The position numbers and the translations under genes are program-made. Source: Tetramitus jugosus (lineage: Eukaryota; Protista; Heterolobosea). From it: a DNA stretch of 64,000 nt. The notes under the pieces are model-generated. The model was not told the DNA's origin. It did not search any database and saw nothing but the letters and a program-made list of their open reading frames with translations. Location: positions 372,001 through 436,000 of the forward strand of contig OW569364.1 in assembly GCA_937625935.1 (NCBI GenBank). Reading direction: 5' to 3'. Numbering within the stretch: the first letter of the stretch is position 1; the number at the start of each line of letters is the position of its first letter. Positions 1 to 10,151 of the stretch are shown here, in pieces.

Positions 1-147
1 ACTAGTGCTCGTGCGAATGCTTCTACTAGTAGAATATGGCGTTGGTGTTGTCTTTGCGGTTGTTGCTTTTGTGTCATTCACAATTTTTTTTTTATTTTTG
101 TTGTTGTTGTTGTTGTTGTTGTTGTGGTGTGGTGGCGTCGAACTCAT
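1..147 (-). CDS. 5' end of a gene running off the left edge (low-complexity N-terminus MSSTPPHHNNNN...)
   Basis: ATG at 147 preceded by an A-run; frame open to base 1; AAC repeat gives poly-N. An alternative ATG at 77 in another frame (MTQKQQPQRQHQRHILLVEAF) is also open. Confidence 0.4.
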   Translation of the reverse strand, partial: MSSTPPHHNNNNNNNNKNKKKIVNDTKATTAKTTPTPYSTSRSIRTSTS

Positions 148-159
148 TTTTTTGATATC

Positions 160-698
160 CTATCCTATTGATTGAAACAAGACTAAAGAAAATGAATTTT
201 GTTTTATGTTCGTTTGATTGGTTTTTTTTGGCAAGAGCTTTTCACTGTTATGAGAGCGGAAAATTAGAACGACATGTCGCTCTAAATTCTCCTGAGTGAT
301 TCTTTGTGGATTTTGTAAGTAGACACCTTGATATCGTTGTCTTGAGAACTGATATGCAAAAGTGGCATTTCCATCCTTCACTTCTAACTTTTTGCCCAAG
401 CCATTATCAACAATAACCCATTTTCCACCTAATAGTGGGTACAGTCCAATTGCACAATGAGTTTCTTTGAAAGCATCACCAGTTTCAGGAAAGACATGAA
501 GAGTGCAATCCATGCCTGTAATACACTTTACAGCAACCGAACAGAACCTTTCTCTCAACTTCTGGACACGATGCGAGCGTTGTTAGAGCTTTCAACGATT
601 CAATAGTACAATCACCACGTCCATGAGCTAACAATTTGTCCAAATCATTGTTCTTGGTATCATCAAAAGGCTGTTTAAATCTTAAGAAATAAACGCAT
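160..698 (-). pseudogene. Possible frameshifted/decayed coding remnant of unknown family
   Basis: The 132-aa ORF (160-558) lacks an ATG start. An overlapping upstream frame (FLRFKQPFDD...CPEVERK) looks protein-like but needs frameshifts to join. Confidence 0.25.
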
Positions 699-866
699 GC
701 AAGATAAAGAACAGATCAAGACATCTTACGCGAGGTTGTCGCAACAGCGAAAAACCCCAATGTACGACAATTCAATCAATGGCAAGAAGCCACAAAGCTG
801 GATCATGAGCAGTTGATTAAGTTGATTGAAGGTCTTCAAGAACAAGAGAGGAACTATGAGGAAAAA

Positions 867-1046
867 ATGTCAAACGAAAAAATCGACCAGCTCTTCGCTC
901 TGTTGAAAGAACTCGAGAAAGATAACAGAGTTAATCGTGATGACGGAGGAGCATTGTCCACAGGGCAATACCAAGTTAAAAGTGCCATTTTTCACCTACA
1001 AAGAGCCTTGCAAGATCTGAAGTCTAAGGGGCATTTATCAAAGTAA
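867..1046 (+). CDS. Small helical hypothetical protein (59 aa from ATG 867); frame open from 708, possibly a frameshifted longer gene from ATG 697
   Basis: AAAAA-ATG context at 867; amphipathic helical sequence; AATAAA downstream at ~1093. Confidence 0.35.
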   Translation: MSNEKIDQLFALLKELEKDNRVNRDDGGALSTGQYQVKSAIFHLQRALQDLKSKGHLSK

Positions 1047-1123
1047 TGTTCGGGCACATATTCAGATCTTCCAAACATTGCCAGTTGTTGTCCAATAAAA
1101 CACCCACCACTACCGTATCTACC

Positions 1124-2746
1124 TTAATAGTTGTAAACATTGTCAACTGCGAACAATTGAGGAGCACAACTTTGTGAAGAAAGGGTAATCTTGGTCTTGC
1201 CATCAACTGTAGTGCCTTCATCAACAGAGGATTGCTTGTTGTATCCAGAGCCGAATCCGAAACCGAATACTCTGAATCCACTGCTGACAGCAGTGCGCGT
1301 GTTCTGCTTGAAGGTATCCTTCTTGCTAGATTCAACCCAGAAACTAATTGTTGGATTGACAGCGACATAGATACCACGAGGCATCAATGTCAAAGTCGAA
1401 GTGCTATCACCAAAGAATTGAGCAATAGGTGAGTATGACTCTCTCTGGTTATATCTAAAGTCTCTGATTGCACTAGAGGAGTACCATTCGCCAGGGAACA
1501 ATGGAATATACTTGTAATCAGCAAATGCAATCTCAACGCCACCAAAGTTAGTGATATCCATTGTGGTAACAGTAGTTTGCTCGTGATTAATCTTCTTCTT
1601 GAAGATCCACTTGCCCTTGGTTGTTTGCCATCTGACAGTCTCCATTGTGTTCTTCCAGTTGTGATAATCATACTTGAATGACATGGATTTGGATTGTCCG
1701 ACCAGTGGTCTGTTTTCCATTTGAGACTTTAAGCACTCGTATTCCATCTCTCTCAATGAATGCAACTTTTTGAATCCGTTGAGTGCGTTGGACATTCCTT
1801 GAGCCATACCCAATGCAACAGCTGCTGCATAGGTTGGATTGTTGCCTGCTGCGGCCTGTTCTCTACCCAACTGTGCGTACATTTCCATTTCGGCACGTGT
1901 AACTTCAGGACACATTGCAATTCTAAACTGTTCCATATCGAAACGAGCAGTAATCATTGCAGAGGCAGTCGAATACTTGTATGTACAATTGTTCATTGCG
2001 TACTCGAACAGTTGAGCCTTTTGTGCACTCTGGGAATCAGCCAAATCAGGTGTAGGAACCGTGGACACACCCAACACACCAGACAAAAAGTTCTTGTACT
2101 CTTGAACAAACGAAATACCAGATGTCTCTCTAAAGAATCCAGGCTTTGATGATTGAACCATCTCTGTGGAGAACACTTGAGCATTGTCATAGTCTTGTGC
2201 CGGTTGTTTCGACAAGATGGACACTGGCATTTGTTCCCACCCTGTAATCTGAGTTCTAATATCAGTCAAGTCAATCGTTGGTTCAACCAACTGGAAACCA
2301 GGAGTATAAGCACCATTGGTCAACATGTTCCTTAAACTGTTGTGAAACAGTTCCCACAAGTGATTAGTGGCTTGTTGCTGAGCTTCTTCAGCAGTCAACA
2401 AACTGTCACTCATCAGACTGTTGGTCTGCTGAGCGACACCAGTCGCTGCTTCTTCTTTCTCCGTGGCCTTCTTGGAAAAGGAGTGCTTGGAACAGGAGAC
2501 AAAACATTTTTGTTTCAATTCATCTTGCGCTGACAACAAGCTTTGGCGAGAGTGCTTCTTCTTGTTGAGCTTGTGTCTCATGCAGGATTGAGTACACTGG
2601 GCAAATCTTTGTCTCAGATTGTGCTCCAAATTTGCTTGTTCTCTGCGCATGGAACTCTTGGAGGAGGCCAAAGCAACATTGCTGGCCGCACAAAAGACAA
2701 CAATAACAGCAAGCAACAGTAATAGTACAATTCGGGAGTGGTTCAT
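1124..2746 (-). CDS. Secreted protein (540 aa), candidate beta-pore-forming toxin-like; CX3C-pair N-terminal segment
   Basis: True ATG at 2746 (MNHSRIVLLLLLAVIVVFCAA = signal peptide); long intronless ORF; two Ser/Thr-rich beta-hairpin-like segments. Family not recognised with certainty. Confidence 0.85.
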   Translation of the reverse strand: MNHSRIVLLLLLAVIVVFCAASNVALASSKSSMRREQANLEHNLRQRFAQCTQSCMRHKLNKKKHSRQSLLSAQDELKQKCFVSCSKHSFSKKATEKEEAATGVAQQTNSLMSDSLLTAEEAQQQATNHLWELFHNSLRNMLTNGAYTPGFQLVEPTIDLTDIRTQITGWEQMPVSILSKQPAQDYDNAQVFSTEMVQSSKPGFFRETSGISFVQEYKNFLSGVLGVSTVPTPDLADSQSAQKAQLFEYAMNNCTYKYSTASAMITARFDMEQFRIAMCPEVTRAEMEMYAQLGREQAAAGNNPTYAAAVALGMAQGMSNALNGFKKLHSLREMEYECLKSQMENRPLVGQSKSMSFKYDYHNWKNTMETVRWQTTKGKWIFKKKINHEQTTVTTMDITNFGGVEIAFADYKYIPLFPGEWYSSSAIRDFRYNQRESYSPIAQFFGDSTSTLTLMPRGIYVAVNPTISFWVESSKKDTFKQNTRTAVSSGFRVFGFGFGSGYNKQSSVDEGTTVDGKTKITLSSQSCAPQLFAVDNVYNY

Positions 2747-2912
2747 TGTGGTTGTTTTTTTTCGAGAGATGATGATGCGAAGATTTGGGGAAACGGAGCA
2801 GGGCAATTTCGATTGGTAGAGGGACAGACAAATCTCGACCGAGACCAACAAGGGAATCGGAAACAATGAAGATGTCTGGTGTCAATAGAGTGGTTGAAAA
2901 TCAAAAAGTGAT

Positions 2913-2986
2913 TACAGGCTATGAGAATCGAACTCATGACCTTAACGGTGTAAACGTTACGTTCTAACCGACTGAACTAAGCCTGC
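2913..2986 (-). tRNA. tRNA-Val(UAC)
   Basis: GCAGGCT/AGCCTGT acceptor stem, GTTC/GAAC D-stem, TAACG-TTTACAC-CGTTA anticodon arm, ATGAG-TTCGATT-CTCAT T-arm, A73; T5 Pol III terminator just downstream (plus-strand aaaaa 2903-2907). Confidence 0.95.
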
Positions 2987-3050
2987 TTCTATATTTATAT
3001 AGGATAATTATTCACCATTCCAATTTATTTGACCAAAAAATAGAAAATGT

Positions 3051-3266
3051 TTATAGAAAGGCAGGAATGATCATCAAAAGAACAATGATCACTATACAAA
3101 TGGTGAGTGGTGTGTTTGGTCTCACAAAGCTCCAAAAAGAAATTTCTTCTCCCATCATAGCTTTTGTTTGTTGATCCAGATTTGGTTGTTTCATTGGAGC
3201 GGTCGTCGTATCATTCTTGCTTTCTTCTTGGTGGTCACTTGGTGATACACTTGTTCTTTGTTTCAT
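3051..3266 (-). CDS. Small putative tail-anchored membrane protein (71 aa)
   Basis: ATG-initiated ORF; hydrophilic N-terminus; single C-terminal hydrophobic helix (LTICIVIIVLLMIIPAFL). Confidence 0.55.
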   Translation of the reverse strand: MKQRTSVSPSDHQEESKNDTTTAPMKQPNLDQQTKAMMGEEISFWSFVRPNTPLTICIVIIVLLMIIPAFL

Positions 3267-3388
3267 TGATGCAATTCTGTCTTTTTTTTGTTGTTCGTTT
3301 TTTGTCAGGAATTTGGTGAAATTTTGGAACTCTTGTCAGATCAAACGTCTACGATAAAGCTCCGTCTACCACAGGTTTTCTTGACCAG

Positions 3389-3967
3389 ATGTCTTCTCCA
3401 AAAATGGTACTCTCACCACCCAATACTCCAGGTCATCAGAGTAAGTATGCCATGGAAAGTGACCCGTATGATTCTCCTTTGGAATTGGAAGAAGAAAGAG
3501 CGAATCGAGTTCGAGAAACGTTCCCTCTATTGGATCGTAATGGAGATCGATTGTTGGATGCTGATGACTTGAGAAGTGTAATGACCATGATTCGAGCTCC
3601 CAAGTCTTACTTTAACCGAGCAGATGATATCATATGGGAGGTCAATGATAACAACAAGAAGAATTATTTGGAGAGGAAAGATGTAGAGGGAATCGTGAAG
3701 CGGGTGATGAATGATCAACAAACTGGATGCAAGGAACCTACGAGATTAGTCAACATCATTGACTTTGTGAGTAAAGATACAAACTTAACTGGATACATCA
3801 ATGCTAGGCAATGCATTGTACTGCTACATAACCGTTTTGGGAGAACAGCGAGGAAAGTTGACCTGAGAGTGTCTCATACGAATGGGAACACCTTAACCCA
3901 ATCAAAAGTGTCCTTCAAAGAGTTCTTATCTCAAGTGGAGATCAGACAAAACATCATCAATAGTTAA
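3389..3967 (+). CDS. EF-hand (calmodulin-like) protein, divergent
   Basis: EF loop DRNGDRLLDADD. The IIWEVND...TG..EP..L.N.IDF pattern resembles an EF-hand family I recall from flagellated protists; the other loops are degenerate. Confidence 0.8.
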   Translation: MSSPKMVLSPPNTPGHQSKYAMESDPYDSPLELEEERANRVRETFPLLDRNGDRLLDADDLRSVMTMIRAPKSYFNRADDIIWEVNDNNKKNYLERKDVEGIVKRVMNDQQTGCKEPTRLVNIIDFVSKDTNLTGYINARQCIVLLHNRFGRTARKVDLRVSHTNGNTLTQSKVSFKEFLSQVEIRQNIINS

Positions 3968-4121
3968 TTCGAGATTAGGCACCAAAAGACCAAAGCCAGT
4001 TTCTCTAGGTGGATCCATTCTTGAAAAAGTTACTGTAGTTTTAACTTCTCAGTAATCACCATAATCCTAATCGAAACTAGTTTGTATTCAATAAACATGG
4101 GCGTGCCGAACAAATTCTATT

Positions 4122-5040
4122 TCAATATTGATTTCTCTGCGTCCCGGATAGTGATATGGAATTGGTTTCACAATACTTCGTCACCTCTTTTTTGAAGACC
4201 CAATCTTGCCTACTATTAAACCAACATAGTTTTTCAATATCCTTCAAATAGGTTAAGGCTTTCTCTGTGATCGATTCCTGAGAGCATCCATTCATATCGA
4301 GTGAATGAATGCCACTCAAATGTTGAAAAGCTTTGTCTGTGATTTGATCACAACCACTCATATCGAGTGTGTGAATGCCAGTCAAATGAGTGAATGCATC
4401 ATCCGTTTTAAAATAGCAATCGCTTATGTCGAGCGTATGAATGCCACTCAAATGATAACACACATCATCTATGATTTGATTACAACTGTTCATTTCAAGT
4501 GTATGAATGCCCTCAAAATGGAAAATGTCCGTCCACCACATTCGGATGTCCATTTAAACAGTGTTCCTTTGGGACAATCGAAAAAAGTGCTCAGTCTCGC
4601 TTTCTTCTAAAGCGTGCCTGAGTGTTCTCTTCTTCTTGTTGCACATGAGTGAGCAGTCGATTGAATTTAAATTGATTCATTCCTTTGAAAGTAACTCAAT
4701 TGGAACCATTCTTGAGTTTCACAAAACTCGATGATTATTGAGTTCAGGTTTCTTGCAGTGATCTGATTGTGGAAAGAAGAGACTTGATAACATAACCCAA
4801 AAGTATTTAAAACTCACACCTGCTCATCCTGACCAGGGCAACGGCAGAAGACTTCGCCAGGTTGGAAGGAGTGAGTCGTTTCATGTGATAAGTTGCTGGA
4901 TGTCCTCTCAATCTTGCTCTGAGTATTACTGAAGACCAAGATTTATTTGTTTGTGCCAAAAGAGTTCCATTTCTGCACAATATGGTTCACTTGAAACTTC
5001 CAAAGAAAGGAAATGCCGTGACAGCAAAGACGCATTCGCC
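4122..5040 (-). pseudogene. Decayed (F-box/)LRR gene with GIHTLDMSGC repeats
   Basis: Four ~24-aa LRRs (GIHTLxxSxC.QITD.AF.HL) in 4122-4553. Upstream, a further repeat (LNGHPNVVDGHFPF) is out of frame and all frames carry stops. 5' boundary is approximate. Confidence 0.6.
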
Positions 5041-5728
5041 GAAACAACAAACCGAGGTAAAAAGCCTACATTACTGAGGGTTCTCGAGTAGTCTCCTATC
5101 TCAATACTAACTCAGCCAGATGGTGCTTAACTTCTCTATTCGAAATGGGAAGAGGTGGTTCCACCATTGTATGAACGTAGACATCTATCATGTTTTTTCA
5201 CAGATTTTGCCATTTTCGAGCTGGGCATTAATCAAAACAGCGTATCAATCTGTGGTTTGATAATGTTGTCACGTAGAGGTGTCGGTAGGTAGTATTGCCC
5301 CCAATAAGCCAATGTAAGAGAAGGTTTGATGAAACACTTCAGGAGAGAGCTGAGTTCTCAGACAGGACTAATGTACTAAAAAGGACCAGAAGGAGGTACT
5401 GATGAAAGAATTGGTAGTATACGGTCGCAAGAAGAGGGAAACAAAGGTTAAAAGGTTGGTAAATGCAGTCTGGAAACACTCGATAGCGAAGAGACCTATA
5501 GGGACGTATGTCGATGCACCCTGATAAACTTGAGCTCTATGCTCGGCAATTTGAAGAGGAAGGGGCACACGACATAGAGGTAGATGGTACAGTTATCCAA
5601 GCACGATTCCAAAAATTGAGCTATTTCTCGCGGGACTCAGTTCTGCGTTTCTCCCATGTTCGTTGCTTGCGCATGCAGTACATAAAGTGTATGTTCGATT
5701 TTTAATAATTACAACAGGTTGATGCTTC

Positions 5729-7732
5729 TTACACTGCACCTTGGAATAGCTGTCTATCAACCAATGCCTTGTACATTCCACCTCTTTGCAACAGTTCATC
5801 ATGGGTTCCAGTTTCCACAATTTTACCCTTGGAGACTACACAAATCATATCGGCCTTCTTCACTGTACTCAATCTATGTGCAACAATCAAGGTAGTTCTG
5901 CCCTTCATCAAGTTTTCGAGAGCTTGTTGCACTGCATATTCTGATTCACTATCGAGAGCTGAAGTAGCCTCATCCAATAACAAAATTGTAGGCTGCTTCA
6001 AGATGGCTCTGGCAATAGCAATTCTTTGCTTTTGACCACCAGATAGACGAACACCACGTTCTCCTACCTTTGTCTGATAACCCTCAGCAAAATCACTGAT
6101 AAAACTATGAGCATTGGCTTGTGTGGCAGCTTCTATAATGTCCTCAATGGTTGGATTGGTCTCTGTACATCCATAGCTAATATTCTCTGCAATGCTAGTT
6201 GCGAAGAGCGATGGTTCCTGAGACACGACTCCAATTCTATGTCTCAACCACAATGTGTCAAAATCTTGCAGAGGGACACCATCCAACAAAATAGCACCAC
6301 TCTGAGGATCGTAGAAGCGCTGAATCAATGATATGCAGCTGCTCTTGCCGCCTCCGCTCTCGCCTACAAGGGCAACAACCTTTCCAGGTTCGACATTTAC
6401 CGACAATCCATTTAGTACTTGATTATCAGGTCTAGTTGGATAAGTGAAGTTAACATTATCAAACACCAGATGACCCTCTAATCCTTCGAGTAAAATTCCA
6501 TTGGATTGCTCTTCATCCTTCTTTTCAATCTGTGGCTCTCTCATAATCAAATGATGAACTCTTTCAGTAGCTCCCAGTGCCTTATACACTTCGAAGAAGA
6601 TGGTACTTAGAACACCGAGAGAGAAGGCAACCAGAATCGTATAGATCAAAAAAGATGTCAAATCACCAACAGTCAAGCTTCCTCTTAGCACGAGAGTTCC
6701 ACCGTACCAGATGACCAACACAATAGACATGTTTCCAGCAATAATCATACCCATACTGAAAACACCGTTGGCAATCGATAGCTTCTTAGCAAGTTGATAT
6801 GAAAATCCAATAGCATCAGAATACATTAGCTTGTGCTTTACTTCCTGTCCAAACGATCTCACAGTTCGAATATTACTCAGTGACTCTTCGGCCACATCAG
6901 ACGACTTTGCCAACGCATCCTGAACCTTCTTACTCAACGTTTTGATGTATCGTCCATAGATGACAACACCAAGGACCATGGGAGGTATGAGTGAGAGCAT
7001 CACCATGCACAATCTCCAGGAAATGGAGAATAAAACAACCATACTACCAATAATCTGCACCGAAAATCTCAACAGCATGCTAATATTGACAGTGACTGCA
7101 TTCTCAAGTGACTTTGTATCACTGGACAAACGATTCAACAACTCACCAGTCTTTGTCTCATCAAAGAATGCAACCTCTTGATTAATAATCGCATTGAACA
7201 ACATTTTTCTCAATTTGGCCACGACGCGCTCACCTGCCAGATTGAAACACAAGGCACGAACAAATGTCGTCACAGCCATCAACAAAATCAACAAGAACAA
7301 GCTCATAATCAGTGTGTTCAAATACTGTCTTCCCTCCTCCTTCATCACATTATCAATCAATGATCCAATATACTTTGGAAGCACTAAATTGACAATGCTC
7401 GAAACAGCAAGAGCAATCGTACCCAACACCAACAACATCCACTCTGATCTGGCAAGACCAAGGAGCCACCACAGTTGCTTGGACGAAAAGAAGGACAAAA
7501 TCTTTTTCAAATCAAACTTCATGCTTGGATCAGCAGCAGCAGCACCAGTCGTAGTAGCAGCACCAGAACCAATGTTTTCATTGGATTGATTTCCATCGTC
7601 ATTATACGACAATCCATCAGAAATCATCACATTTTCTTGCTTGTCCAGTAGTTCTTGATCATCGTCGTGGTCATTGATGTCAGCATCTTGTTCGATTGAA
7701 TGAAAGGAGGAATCTGTTTGATGATGCATCAT
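5729..7732 (-). CDS. ABC transporter B family half-transporter (TAP/ABCB10/MDL-like)
   Basis: 6-TM domain, FFDETKTGEL, Walker A GESGGGKS, Q-loop, LSGGQKQR signature, LLLDEATSALD, H-loop AHRLST. Confidence 0.97.
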   Translation of the reverse strand: MMHHQTDSSFHSIEQDADINDHDDDQELLDKQENVMISDGLSYNDDGNQSNENIGSGAATTTGAAAADPSMKFDLKKILSFFSSKQLWWLLGLARSEWMLLVLGTIALAVSSIVNLVLPKYIGSLIDNVMKEEGRQYLNTLIMSLFLLILLMAVTTFVRALCFNLAGERVVAKLRKMLFNAIINQEVAFFDETKTGELLNRLSSDTKSLENAVTVNISMLLRFSVQIIGSMVVLFSISWRLCMVMLSLIPPMVLGVVIYGRYIKTLSKKVQDALAKSSDVAEESLSNIRTVRSFGQEVKHKLMYSDAIGFSYQLAKKLSIANGVFSMGMIIAGNMSIVLVIWYGGTLVLRGSLTVGDLTSFLIYTILVAFSLGVLSTIFFEVYKALGATERVHHLIMREPQIEKKDEEQSNGILLEGLEGHLVFDNVNFTYPTRPDNQVLNGLSVNVEPGKVVALVGESGGGKSSCISLIQRFYDPQSGAILLDGVPLQDFDTLWLRHRIGVVSQEPSLFATSIAENISYGCTETNPTIEDIIEAATQANAHSFISDFAEGYQTKVGERGVRLSGGQKQRIAIARAILKQPTILLLDEATSALDSESEYAVQQALENLMKGRTTLIVAHRLSTVKKADMICVVSKGKIVETGTHDELLQRGGMYKALVDRQLFQGAV

Positions 7733-8038
7733 TTTTTGTTTTCCCTATATACCTTGATGGTTTATGGTTCTGGTTGTCAGATGCGAGTGGTTTGCTTTTT
7801 GTTGATGAATTTACAAAGATTCCGTAAGCTTTTTTGCTGAAGTGTGAATGTAGTGACCTTCAGATTTTTTGCGCATGATCCCTTGGTCAGTTCCTTCGGG
7901 AAATTTTGAGTTCGGATGTGCTTATTCCTTCTGGTAAACTCCTTAAGGTGGAATAAGCAAAGAATTGTTGTGAAAACAAGTGTCTTTTATGTACAGCATT
8001 TGAGTGCACCCAAAGCGGCAGAACTGCCACGTGTGCTA

Positions 8039-8889
8039 TCAGGCAGAGGATGATTTGGGGGCATTGATTGGAATCTGCTTTGTTTTGTGACTGCCAGAAT
8101 GACTGATGGTTGCCGTGAGGATCATGAGCAATGGAACAATGCTCAACATGGCCAACATGCTACAACTTTGCATAAGTTTCATTCCTGCGTCTACTCTTGT
8201 ACAAGCTGCTTGATCAATTGGACTGAAGAGTTGAAATAAGAAATTGATAGAGTTAGTTAAATGAGTAGGTTGACAAGGAATACAACGACCGAACAATGCA
8301 AAAGAGTTACATACCATAAGACATGAGTCAAGAAATACCACTTTTCAGACATTTTGCTGGCCTGAGCAACAAAGGCAATGTAGAATGCAAGGAACATGAA
8401 CAAGACTCCGCAAATGGAGCACATGAATGCCAAGGTCATTCGCTCCGAGTTCAACCTTCCAAAACGAGTCTTCAGACCAATGTCCTCCATTTTCTCATGA
8501 TGCATGGCATAGGCAGAAAAGGCAGCAAGAACAGCAATGAGGGCAATCTCTATTCCTACGAGAACGACACCAGTGGCGAACAAGGGTAGAAACTGGTGAT
8601 TCTTCATGACTTGTTCATTTGGTCCGACAACAGTTCTAGGATACATTTGAATGAGAACCCATCCAGGAATACCACACAAGAGAGACATCACTGCCAACAA
8701 GAAACCTGAGATCACGAGAACAATAAACAAATTCTTGTGTGTTCTATTGTTGTACGATTGAATCGTAATTGTCTCTTCATTGTTTGAAGGAGATGACGAA
8801 GATGTCTTTTCGGACATGGTGTCAACAGAGGAATCTGGCTCAGCATAGTGAGATACCTCTTGAATCATAGTACCTGGCGATTTCTTCAT
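8039..8889 (-). CDS. Four-pass membrane protein, 2 exons (intron 8223-8314)
   Basis: GTATGT donor at 8314, ACTAAC branch site, TTCAG acceptor at 8223. Splicing joins ...THVL-C-PIDQAACTR... in frame and adds the fourth hydrophobic helix. Confidence 0.75.
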
Positions 8890-9324
8890 GTTTTAATATG
8901 GGTGAGAGACTTCCTTGAATGGGCTTGTGGTGAATGGATTGTTCTTCTGTTTGTTTTTGAATTGAATATTGAATAGAAACAGTATTTTATCTCTGAGAGA
9001 TGTTGGACACCCATTGTATCACAGATCTGAAGCGCGCAGTGAAATTAAACGCAACGTTCGGGATCAACACCCTATTTAGCACCAACTACCGAAAAGAAAA
9101 AGCGATCTGTGGAACGATCTGTGATTCTGGATGTTGTTTCACTGTACATAACTGGATCTGGTGATACCTATTCGACCATTAGCGGAAAACCCAGACTAAA
9201 ATTGAATGACATCACTTCCTGATCTGATGTTGAAAGGACGGATCCTCAAAAAAGCCCCCTTTACAATCAACCACAAGGTCATCCATGCAAAGTTACAGCA
9301 TGCGTTATCGATAACCATACACTC

Positions 9325-9864
9325 TCACAAAATGTGGGCCGTTACGAAAATGTAATTCTTTGTAATAATTGTCTTCACTGTGTCAATGTGAAGTCCAAAC
9401 AAACGATCCAAATAAAAGTATCGCAACAACCTTCCAATCCAACCAAAAAAGAAACTGCGCAAATACTCTGGTGAATAGTGAGTCCGATACTTTTTTTTCC
9501 TCGTATGACCACTCAAAACAACAGTTTCGCCATCGTTTAACCAAACTTCAGCACTGTAACCCTTTCTAAACTGAAAATTACCAAAATCAGGGTTCGCCAA
9601 CATCTTACTCTTCCTCCAAGTGGGACGAGCAGTGAGTGCCAATCTATTTACACCTTCATCATCAAACATTCGATCTTCAAAGTACAGTGGCTCATTGTGT
9701 TGCATCATGCTTCGATCATAGTCATCATACGAGTTTGTCAGTGACCCCATGGCGGAGCCATACATGGGTGAGGAAGGATAAGAACCATATGCTCCACCAC
9801 TGCCTCTCATACCAGAACGTCTGAAGCCACCACCGCCGTACAACCCCGATCTGTTATAGTTCAT
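9325..9864 (-). CDS. Divergent small heat-shock/alpha-crystallin-domain-like protein with Gly/Tyr/Ser-rich N-terminus
   Basis: A-run before ATG. VWLNDGETVVLSG, GRLLRYFYL and IDTVKTIITKNYIFVT align by eye to ACD strands (VEVEDGNILQISG, GKFLRRFRL, VDEVKASMENGVLTVT). ORF is solid; family call is moderate. Confidence 0.6.
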   Translation of the reverse strand: MNYNRSGLYGGGGFRRSGMRGSGGAYGSYPSSPMYGSAMGSLTNSYDDYDRSMMQHNEPLYFEDRMFDDEGVNRLALTARPTWRKSKMLANPDFGNFQFRKGYSAEVWLNDGETVVLSGHTRKKKYRTHYSPEYLRSFFFGWIGRLLRYFYLDRLFGLHIDTVKTIITKNYIFVTAHIL

Positions 9865-10151
9865 TTTTGTCTTTTTGGTTTTCGATAGGAGTATTTATTG
9901 CGTGATACTTCAATGAATTCACGGAAGATTCCATTAACGAGTTTTCCCGTCAAAATTAACGTCCGATTGTCAACGTCAGGATTTTTTCTTCTGTCACAGA
10001 GCAAAGAAGGAAGCATCTCATCATCACCATCAAGTCTCACCAACACTGACAGTCACCCAACTTGAGTTGAGCGATATTTACTGGACTTTTTCTTTTCGTT
10101 TCCCATACGTTGTATCATCCCACCACCTCCATCAACACCCATACGACAACA

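Noticed and set aside
9000-9320. Clustered GATCT words, possible snoRNA or repeat
   Set aside because: No ordered C/D or H/ACA boxes and no regular period.
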